DNA of 64,000 bases. It comes from Amphiscolops sp. MND2022. Taxonomy: Eukaryota. The translations under genes were made by a program, and so were the position numbers. This document shows positions 46,132-56,599 of this stretch, piece after piece (the first letter of the stretch is position 1; every line of letters begins with the position of its first letter). The DNA lies in contig OZ076415.1 of NCBI GenBank assembly GCA_964187785.1, positions 13,454,001-13,518,000 on the forward strand. The letters are read 5' to 3'. A model generated the notes under the pieces. The model had not been told where the DNA came from. It saw only the letters and a list, made by a program, of their open reading frames with translations, and ran no database searches.

Positions 46132-49100
46132 CTGATGAAACGTCGACCGGAAGAATGATTCACGGTGAACAATTACGAATGGACACTACACTACAGTTAG
46201 ATTCGAAATTTTAACTACACTACAGGAGCGTTCTAAAGTATCGAAACTACATTCCTTAAAACCGCAAGTTTCAAATCCATATATCTTGCAAACTGTCACG
46301 AATACAAAACAGTGTCAGCCAGGAAAATCTCTTAGAGTTTTATCTGGTTACCAAAATTGTTTGTTTGGAATTTCTGCGACAAAACTTCCAAAAGTTGAAA
46401 TTGTATAATTTGACGAAATTCTATAAAATTTGCACAAACTTGAAAGAATCTTTTTGTAAAACTCTCATTTGCTCCCAAATCAGGATGCTGATAAAATTTG
46501 ATTGAAAAACTTTCAAATAAAAATCAGTTTTCTAAATAGAATACTTAAAGCCTATCTTAATACATCTAATGCAATGCTCATAGACATAAATTTTATTGCA
46601 TTTTTTTCTGTTTCGAACAGAAATCACGACCAGGACAATTCAGTTTGGACGGGAGATTTTAAGGAATCTCCGAATATCCTATTTTCCCAAAAGAATTGAA
46701 TTTGAGTCTCTAAAATAACGAATAAACTCAAATTTGTATTTATATTGGAACTTTCAACTTTCTCAATTTGGGTCGTTAACTTTTCAAACAAACACTTTTG
46801 TAAATTAGAAAAATTTCTGAAAAAAAATATAAAGTAGCTGACAATTTTGTGTATTTGTGACAGTTTGGAAGATACTTCGTTCTGAATTTTGTCATTTTGA
46901 GAATGGAGTTGCAATATTTTACAACGCTACTGTATAGTACCACTACTTTGACAAGACTTTCAAAAGAAAATTTTCTTACATTTCCTGATCAGAATTGAAA
47001 CAAAATTTTTTGTTTTGAAATTCAAATGAAATACTAAAATCCTATCTTTCATGGTATCTCGAGGAAGTTTCGAATTTTACAATCTTTATCACGCAGTATT
47101 CCAGAAGCATTTGGTGGAAAGAAAATTCTGCTCGCGTCAATTTTACAGTCTTGACACAGTTCGAAAACTTGATGATAATTAATAGTTTTTCGCAAGATTT
47201 TCCTTCAAAAATGAACAGCAAAAAAGCATCTAATTGTGTCACACCAATTATTTTTACGGGATAATATTTTAGTTTTGTGATCATTTTGCAATGTGAGTGT
47301 TTAAGGAGATCATTTTAGAAGAACTGGTAGATGCATAAGGTTGAAGATCTGAATCAAAGGAACAAAGTTTGTCTAGGACAATGTTTGCCAAGAGAAATGG
47401 TTCTCGAGATATTGCATAATAACTTTTAGAAAATAGCAAAGTGTAAAAAAATAAGTCATAACTTTTGTTATTTTTGTTTTATTTCACTACTACCCCAATA
47501 GTGTTGAAAATACAAGAAAAGTTTGCTCCTGGTATTTGTGGAATTGTTAACATACAAAATCATAACGATTTGGAATCGAAGGGCTTCAGCTTTTTGGTAA
47601 CCCAGTGTATTACAACTACTGTCGTTCAAAATGACGATCATTAATTTTTTCTTTTCAGAGAGTAGTTTTTCATTGATCAATGGTAAAATTCAAAGTTCTG
47701 TAATTATCCAAAGACAGTTCAACTTTACTGTTTTCTCCTATTCCAACATCGAACCATATATCGATATGCATACATAAGCAAGACAAACCAGATTTGGTTT
47801 CTACCTGGAAGTTGGGGGAATGTTCCAACGGTCTCCTAAACGTTGAAAAAATAAAACTACCTGGTTGCAAAAAGTTCTTTCTTTCCCTTGTTGAAATAGC
47901 TCTAAACTTTTTACATGCACTTCAATGCTGTCATCAACTTTTGATATGGTTTTCTAAAACGCTAACGGAAACTTCCAAGTGGAAATAATTCCCTGTTGTA
48001 TTCAACTTTTATCAACCTGCTTGAGAGATTCATAAAACTTTTGGCGGCAATTTTAACTCTCGAACTTTTGCAGGTTTCCTTGGGAAAGATATTTAACTTA
48101 AATGCAAAATAGTTGCAATTAGTTTTACAGCAATGCAATTTTTACTGCATCCATTTTTATGCAAAATACTTTCAGTCGCGTGATAAAATTCAAAGTATCG
48201 TCATGTTTAATGTTGCAATTAAAAAGCGCTGATCACATCAGATAAATAGTTTGGAAAAAGGAAAAAAGGTAGAAGTGCATAAGAACTCAAAAACGTTTTC
48301 CGACTGCTAGAAATTGAAATTTTCGAGAAATCGTGAGTGTAATTTTAAGGCCTTCTCCTACAAGAATTTGCACTTTTTGCGAAAATCCCATTGAAGATCA
48401 GGCGTTTGTTCGTTTTTGATTCTTACCAACAAAATCTCTAGAATGTTTCACAAAACATGCAAAAAATGTCAAACGTTAGAAACCTTTCGGATTTTGTTCA
48501 TTTTAGGTCAATCTGAGGTATTGTTCTACCCAGAAACGTTTCTCCATAGAAAGGCGTACTGGATATTTAACTAATTCGTTTGGTGATTTTTCAACGTTTT
48601 AGTCTACGAAATGTTTGTAACTTTGCACGAAAAGTCACATAGAATGCCAAAATTTGGGAGTTTTGAAATTTTCTACTTTTTAACAACTTCATTTGTTGTT
48701 GAAGGTTTTCAAATTCTGACTTTCAAAAATAACACAAAAATTGAATAAAAACGTTTGATAAATTAGAATTTTTCAATTTCTCGACTTATTTGGGATCAAT
48801 ATCATGTGTTTTTGAAAAAACCCGCTGCAGCTTTCTCTTCGAAAGAGCATACTGTATAGCTAGTTCGTTCGCCTCCGAACGTTTTGAACCTTCTAAAACT
48901 CATGAATTTCCTCGGAACGGAACTGAAGACATATTGAAAAACCACAATAACTGATAAAAGTTGGTTTTTCCATCTTGTTTGTGAAAAGATCGAGGCATTT
49001 TAAATTTGATAACTGCCTTTATTTCTTCGAAAAAATCTACGACACCACAAATGTTCTTATTTCCGGAATCGACCGAAAATTTGTTTACAATTGCATGAAG

Positions 49101-50199
49101 AACAATCCAAGCTGGAAACTCATGTCTTTGGGTGACTTTGAGCCATTTTTTGAACCTAAAAATTCCCTTTATCTCTCCACGAAAGCCTACTAGACAACGA
49201 ATGCTTTTGTTGTTGAAATTTCCGAACATTCGATATAACGAAATCACTTGAAAAAGTCACAAAAAATGCATAGCAATGTTTAGAATTGGAAAATCGTGGA
49301 GTTTTTGTTTTTGCGATCATTCATGGGTCATTTTGGTAATACTCGAAGAAGTCCAAAAATCTCTACAAATAAATATCACATGAAGCTGATTTTATGTCTG
49401 TTGAATTTTATGCATTGGTAACTTTTGGGACAAAATCTTAGTTGATTTTAATACTTCATTTTCCCATATGAAATATGGGCAATAAAACTAAGTGCAGCTC
49501 TGAGAAAACAACCAAGGTTGGACCACTACGTGTTGGTTGGCAAATTTAGTTAAAACTGTGTTTAAAAAGTGATATCTTGTATTATATCATCATGCTTCTA
49601 TCAGCTGAGGTATTTTGCATAGAAAGGCTCGGTTGTGAATATGATTTTTGGTTTCGAATACAAGAAAAAAAGTAGAATCAAACCTCAGAAGGGTTTCCTA
49701 AACTCAATCTCATATATGGAGCTTTTTTCTTTGGAGTTGGTGGAATAAGATCCGACATCTTCGACGTTGCACGCATTCAGTTGACTTGTAGTTTGTCATT
49801 TTTGAAAACATTGAATGTTTTCAGTGAACTTTTCGTAAGTTTTGCCCTTCAGTAATACGTCACAATATGTCAGTCGTTTTCTTTCTACACCTCGGATCGA
49901 AGTGTCCGCGCGTGAAACGAATTTTTACGAAGTTACAGTTTATGAATTACAATTGCTAAAAATGAAGAGTCAAATCAAAGCTGTCTAGAGGTCAAGGCAA
50001 AAGGCTGATAACAAAAAACTTCATAAGTGCAATCTAAATTTGATAATCACTGTTACATTTGTTATATTAGCAAAAATTGTTATTGTACTCCATCATTTCT
50101 AACAAGATTTAACACTCAAAATTTCACACGACACCGCACAGAACTATCCAGCGCAACATAAGTGGCAACCGGGGGCATCTCACGTCCACAGAAGAAAAC

Positions 50200-50500
50200 A
50201 CCGATTTTGACCAAAAAATTTCGACACTACTGCAGAAAGACTCCCGACATCGATATCAAACAGACATTTTCGGATGGAACACTCGCTGCAGCATGTTGGA
50301 TCGATCGACGAAGAAGCAAACTTTCATTTGGAGCCCGGTTCTTCCGCCATAGAAAAACCCAGACGCCAAATAATACAGTTATTCAAAGAATATTTCATGC
50401 CGAAACGAAACACAAACCACATCAATGTCGATCTTTTCTGGGCGCAACTCGAAGTCAAACATCCAAAAAAAAACTCCAAGAAAAGCCAATCAAAGAATGA
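50200..50500 (+). pseudogene. Possible gag-like fragment of another retroelement
   Basis: IIQLFKEYFMPKRNTNHINVDLFWAQ resembles the retrotransposon gag L..YF.PK.N motif. Preceded by a possible LTR end and TGG (gcgcaaca tag tggcaacc) at ~50151-50170. Confidence 0.35.
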
Positions 50501-50612
50501 AAGTTAAAAACAATTGGATTCTTTTGACAGTCACCAACCCATATGCAACAACGAGAGACATTATGCCAAAGAGTGCTGAAGCGAAACTGGTGACAACGGC
50601 AGAAAGCGTAAC

Positions 50613-51494
50613 AATTCAGATATCAACAACCTTCACATATCAACAAGATCACACGGTTTGAGAACGACCACTACTTCTTTAGTAGTAAACTACATTAGTG
50701 AAAGTAAACTGTGACCTAAAGGAAAATTCAGATATCAACAACCTTCACATATCAACAAGATCACACGGTTTGAGAACGACCACTACTTCTTTAGTAGTAA
50801 ACTACATTAGTGAAAGTAAACTGTGACCTAAAGGAAAATTCAGATATCAACAACCTTCACATATCAACAAGATCACACGGTTTGAGAACGACCACTACTT
50901 CTTTAGTAGTAAACTACATTAGTGAAAGTAAACTGTGACCTAAAGGAAAATTCAGATATCAACAACCTTCACATATCAACAAGATCACACGGTTTGAGAA
51001 CGACCACTACTTCTTTAGTAGTAAACTACATTAGTGAAAGTAAACTGTGACCTAAAGGAAACTCAGATATCAACAACCTTCACATATCAACAAGATCACA
51101 CGGTTTGAGAACGACCACTACTTCTTTAGTAGTAAACTACATTAGTGAAAGTAAACTGTGACCTAAAGGAAAATTCAGATATCAACAACCTTCACATATC
51201 AACAAGATCACACGGTTTGAGAACGACCACTACTTCTTTAGTAGTAAACTACATTAGTGAAAGTAAACTGTGACCTAAAGGAAAATTCAGATATCAACAA
51301 CCTTCACATATCAACAAGATCACACGGTTTGAGAACGACCACTACGCCGCTGTCGTGGCCCGCTCCCGTTCTGCGCTGGAATTGCAGAACAATCAGTTTC
51401 GGAAGGGGCCATGGGTGAACATCAAAATCATTAACTTGGTTTTATTGAACTAGTAAACTACATTAGTGAAAGTAAACTGTGACCTAAAGGAAAA
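50613..51494. repeat. 112-bp tandem array, 6 near-identical units plus a 7th carrying a 105-bp insert
   Basis: Unit starts at ~50615, 50727, 50839, 50951, 51063 (111-bp variant), 51174 and 51286. Insert at 51346-51450. Confidence 0.97.
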
Positions 51495-51539
51495 CAACAA
51501 CTAGATTCTAAAAAACTAATACTGAAACTGCCACTAAAA

Positions 51540-52485
51540 TGACCAGAATGAAATAAGTTCACACATTTCTGCTGAGACATTTAAGCAACGTCAAGTTCAA
51601 GTCCATTCTCCACCTGAAATCCTATTTGAATTAACCATTCTCAAAGACCATAGCTAAATCTAAAATGCAAATTACGTCAGAATAAAGTATTACGCCTATT
51701 CGGAGAAGGGCAACTCAATTGCGCGCGCCTTGAAAGGCAATTAATGCGAAGAAGGACATAATTACGTCGCTAAGTAAACTAGTATATGTACGCTGGCCAA
51801 TATTGCTTTTTGTCTATGACGTCACAATCTTGTGCTAACTTAACTAGTAATTCCAATTAATGTCCTAGTGACGTCATTGCCTAGCTAGCTAGCCAAGTTT
51901 AGCTCTGAATTTACGTCTGCACCACGTCCACACAAGCGACTAGTTAGGTCTAGGATCAATTTTACCACGCTACGTCCACTATTTATAGAATTAGGCGATC
52001 CGAACAAAATTGAACTCAACAAAATATCGTTTTGACAAGGAATCTCTCCAGCTTAATTTTATGTTTCAAGTACGTCATCCATTAGGAAAAGAATGAGAGA
52101 GTCATTGATCTAACGTCTAATTTACACACTAAAATAAAAGAATTCAATGACAACGGACTCGGAACCGTTTTCATGAGTATAATCTTAGACTGGGATGTTT
52201 AAGGATCAGTATGTGAAAGTCACAGTTTATTGTTATAACGGATCACAATTTGTGTATATTTTTTATATGTTGAAGGTTTTTTGTACGTTTGTACTTTCAT
52301 CTTCAATATTTTATCCAACTTGTACCACCATTTGTTTACGACGCCATCAGTTTTAAACTATATCGTTGCTTTTTGCTAATACAAGTACAAATCCTATCCA
52401 TGTTCGTTGAAAGGCTAATGTTGGTGTTGTACTACTACTGTGTAACACTTATGTTTAGACTTGTGTTCATAATTTTGGCGCCCAA
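51540..52485 (+). mobile_element. LTR-like sequence with tRNA-Lys-like PBS
   Basis: Cluster of TGACGTCA/TTACGTCA motifs, TATTTATA, AATAAA, end at tgtgttca (52469), then TGGCGCCCAA (52476-52485), which matches the start of a tRNA-Lys(CUU) PBS. Left boundary uncertain. Confidence 0.5.
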
Positions 52486-53019
52486 TTAACGTCGTCCAGA
52501 CCTTCGCCTAATTATTTTTTAATCAAAGAGATTGGTCACAGTTGAAATTCTCAAGTTGAAATTCAACATCAGGTGTCAGTTGTTTACGTCAGCGTCATCT
52601 CTGCGTCAATTTTCCCACGAACCGGAGCAGCAAACAGGAAATTTTTTCCGGTTTGACGGATGGAAGTCTACTTCCTGCTCGGGAGGATATAAAAAGACAC
52701 AGGATTGAAATGACATGATCATGCGTGATGGCTAATGTCGGAATAAGTATCTCATGACTACATTTTGACTACATACAAGAAATGTCGACGTGAAATTGGG
52801 GAGTTGACGAATTTTACCCCGAAAAGAAAGGGATCGACTAAGTGTTCGAGGAAAAGGTAGGCACGCTATTGTGAACAAATGATGCAATGAGGTTTTATGT
52901 ATGGCCCAAAGTTGTAAAAGATTCATTCCTTCTGTAACCTCATAACTATTTCAACTTTGTTTTGTTGAAAAATTCTCTCACGAAACTCAATTCAAACTAA
53001 AAACTCAAAAGTGTTCTTC

Positions 53020-53380
53020 TAAGAATGTCTACAAGAATCCAAAAGAGAAGATATATTCCCCAGAGAGCAGTAAAAAGGTAAACGAAAACATGGTAACTCC
53101 AATTGTAGCAGGCCCATACCGGGCTAAATCTCCAAGAGTGAGAATAGTTATTTAGAAAACCTAAGAGCTTCTCTGAAGCAAGAAACAACTTCTGAAGTTA
53201 AAAAACTAGTTGCCCAATCCCAAAAGGAATTACTGAAACTGTTAAAAACTAAAGCAGTAGAATAGAGGCAGAGACACTAGTTGAATGTGAAACAAGAAGT
53301 TTTTACACTCCTACTAAGTCCGTCAGAATAAACAGTACTCAAAATAACGACCCATATACATATTTTACCAGTCGTAAAAT
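53020..53380 (+). pseudogene. Decayed short ORF (basic N-terminus, coiled-coil-like), probably retroelement-derived
   Basis: MSTRIQKRRYIPQ..., SYLENLRASLKQETTSEVKKLVAQSQKELLKLLKT, ETRSFYTPTKSVRINSTQNNDP across frameshifts. Confidence 0.35.
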
Positions 53381-53962
53381 TCGAACCTAATCAACAACAA
53401 GATTTCAACATCGACACGAGATAGCAACAAAACAGAATCAAGATGAGTGCGAGAACGAAACTAAAATTCCGAGAAAACAATGGGAAAACGCTCTATATAA
53501 TGGTCTAAGCGCCTATCTACAGCTATTCATCGGCGAAACGAAATCACCCTACCACGATGTAAATTTAGTGAAAAACTGCCCTGCCCACACGAATCAAACG
53601 GATAGTATTGGAAGAACGAAACAACCAGTCGAAATCACAGGAACCATACATACGATCAAAAATTATGAATTGAAGCGGTATGCTTCTCCATGGAAAGGAG
53701 AGACAAGACCAATCTCGTTCCGCTTCAGAGAAATTGTGGAAAAAATCTCGACAAACTAATTGCCTCCTGACACCTCAACCGATAGGGTACCTCAACATCA
53801 GACAAGACAGTTTCATCCCCATCGTCATCACGGTTTAAAAAGAAAACAAGCCGGGAACGGACCAAGTCGGCGCCATATCTAAGGCTCAAAAACAACAAAA
53901 GGACTTCAAAGTGTCAAAGTATTCTCTTCTACGGTACCGGAAAAACCCAAATGTTGAACCAG

Positions 53963-54196
53963 AGGGGACACTTTGAGATTTTTCATCCATTCTGTCGCAA
54001 ATCAAAAAAAATTGAAGGAGGGGCACTTTTGGTGAAAAAAAGTTTTTGAAAAAAAGTCTCACAATGCCGAAAAAACAGAAAGGGGGGACCCTTTGGATTT
54101 TTCAACATCCGTTCTGTCGGAAAACTCCAAAAACATTGAAAGGGGGACCCTTTGGGGAATTTTTTTTTCGAAAAATAAGTCTCACAGCGCCGAAAA
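53963..54196. repeat. Two ~118-bp tandem units, each made of two gggg(a)ccctttgg subunits
   Basis: Direct inspection: ggggaccctttgg...catcc.ttctgtcg...aaaattgaa...gtctcaca..gccgaaaa occurs twice. Confidence 0.8.
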
Positions 54197-55022
54197 GTCT
54201 CACAGTACCCTTTGGTCCCTTTGAGTTTCTTAGATGATGTAAAAATACTACTTCGCAAGCTTTTGCGCCAGTATTTTAAATTTGCTAAGTAAGAATTGTA
54301 AGAAAAGTGGACCTTTCAGTGTGAGGATTGTAGTCTGAAAAAAAAAAGAAAAAAAAGGTCACTGCTATAGTCGGGCATTTTTCCTTAAAAGGAAAACGCG
54401 CCGACTAAAAATCAAGGGAAGTTGTGTTAGACTCGAGTAACTTCAACAAAACATGCATCAAAAGCACCCACGCATGTTAATTTTATTGAATGAAATACTA
54501 AACCAAATGAATATCCACTAAAAACACGGGAAATGGTAACGACTCCGTTCAATTCGCATAAGTCGGTCTAGACTATACATAGCAAACTAGCTCGCGGTCA
54601 CAGAGAAGAAACTGAATGCAGCAGCCGACATCCATAAACATTTCCGACAAACTTGATTGAGCTACCGAATGGTCAGATGACTTCATCTCAGTCACCAGGG
54701 GAAGCAATGAAGAATACACCAAAACAACCTAAACAGGGAACCGTATGAGCCTGACACTTAGAATTCATAACAAACGGAATCAGGCCGGCAAAGAGTTGTC
54801 ACTATATTACAACGGAAGCAAGAAAACTCGTGACAGGAGACGCATGCAATACCATCGGGAACGTCAGACTACGGAAGCGACAATGCAATCGAGGACATTC
54901 TTTGCACCTGCCAGAAGGTATGTTACGACACAGAGAAAAATATTCGAACGATGGAAATTTCACCGTATTATGGGGCTCTGAAAGGCTGCGTTTCCGTTTC
55001 TACGATAAACCCAAAAGCCTCC

Positions 55023-55464
55023 TGTGACGTCATGATGCATGACATCAAGAATCCTAACATTTATAAAAGTATAATTAAACTTCGTAACCTAATAGCATGA
55101 CAGATGCCATTCTATCTAGAAGTTAATACTTCATTTATTAAGATGCTAACATTTCTGATGATTCCATTATAAAATGTAATCCCTTTAATTTCATCTTATA
55201 ATGATTTGAATTCTATTTAATCTCAATATTGATTGGTGTACTAGCTAAATCTATATACTCAGAGTAACTAGAATGTTGTAATCAAACAGTACTCTCATCT
55301 TAGAAGAGAAAGAGTTCTGAGATCTCAGCTTGATATCATTCTACTCAGTTTGGTAAAAGAAGAATAGCTAGCTAGACGGTATTTCTGTTAAGACTTTGTA
55401 AGAACTTCTTATGTGGTCAATGAAGGAATTGAAGTCAAACATCACACAAGTCTTTAACAGCTCA
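55023..55464 (+). repeat. 5' LTR of element C
   Basis: Starts TGTGACGTCA at a composition shift, TATAAAA at ~55072, ends ctca 2 nt before the PBS. Left boundary not confirmable without the 3' LTR. Confidence 0.7.
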
Positions 55465-55466
55465 AT

Positions 55467-55481
55467 TGGTGCGACCACGAA
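55467..55481 (+). promoter_or_regulatory. Primer-binding site of element C (TGGTGCGACCACGAA)
   Basis: TGG start after the LTR, followed by a pyrimidine-rich leader. Shared with element A. Confidence 0.82.
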
Positions 55482-55562
55482 AATTCTCTTTTCTCTTCCC
55501 CTAGTACCTCAAATTCACTCCTATTGTACACTTTTTCTCAACTTTTTCATCCGATATTTCTT

Positions 55563-55841
55563 TGTTCGACATACCGTGTCGCCTCTTCTTTCTCTTGTAT
55601 ATAAATGTTAATTCACATATGGTTCTGACTGCGTCCTCCAACGTAATTCCTGTCAGTAAAAACTTTTGGTTCTGACTACATCTTTGTACGTAATTCCTGT
55701 CAGTTGCTAGTTTCTGGTTCTGACTACGTAATACCGTAATTCCTGTCAGTTGCATTTTCTTCGTTTCAAACACCGTAAGGTGAATTCGTGTTGATTTTTC
55801 CTTTCTTTCGTTCCAACCGCAGACGTGCGATTCGTGTTGGT
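55563..55841 (+). repeat. Leader array of ~47-bp bulged stem-loop units, element C
   Basis: Outer stems start at 55625, 55672, 55720, 55766 and 55813, each with an inner stem and a 3' ATTC(C/G)T bulge. A simple CGACA/TGTCG hairpin lies at ~55567. Confidence 0.88.
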
Positions 55842-56599
55842 TTTCAAATCGTGGGAATTCGGCGATTCCTGCTAGTCACATTCTTTGGTTCTAGCCGCTT
55901 GGATCAACTTAAAAGAAAGTTGGCACATACCCTAACATATTTTCTCTTCTTTTCTTCTACACTATCTTGATATATACATATTAACTTTCTTAAACACTGC
56001 CGCGGATCAAAAGGACGAACTTCAGTTCTGATAATATCAAAACTATAACACAAATAATATCAAGATTATAATACAAAAGTTAGACTAAAAAACCTACCCT
56101 ACCTTTAATACTATTACTATCTAATACAAACTCAACTTTCAACACAAAAAAAAATACACAAATTCTCTCTTGGTAATGGTTTCAGTTGATACTTTAGTAC
56201 GCTTTTTACTTTTACTTTGGTTCTCCTTCGGTATACTTGCAGGTATTTCACTTTTCTTTGACAGATTTCTGGTCCCTTTCATACCAGGATTCTAATACTT
56301 TAAGTGAACATGCCTCATTCTGTCCAACTACCACCAATCTTTCACTCTCGTGTGATACATACTATAGTACTCCCTCTTTTTGGTCTTCTTGGAATCTATT
56401 ATACAATTTGTACGCTACTTTCACTAACATCTAATAAATTCTTACTCACCTTTTTAACTATAATTACTCTTTTTTTACAAATCATGTTTATAGACCTAAC
56501 ACTTCCATATCCTATCCATTTCACTACGCAATATATTCTCACCCAATATTTATTTTCTTTCTTAAACAATTTCTATTATGATTGATTTAAAATTCCCTA

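Noticed and set aside
47000-49500. Short ORFs (e.g. 48975-49193, 47794-47988) as genes
   Set aside because: Short, no recognisable motifs or consistent splice structure. Probably decayed repeats.
50613-51345. CRISPR-like array
   Set aside because: Units are identical end to end with no unique spacers, no cas genes are present, and the context is eukaryotic.
55620-55841. CRISPR or tRNA-like array in element C leader
   Set aside because: Variable parts are 4-8 nt loops inside hairpins, not spacers. No cloverleaf or A/B boxes.
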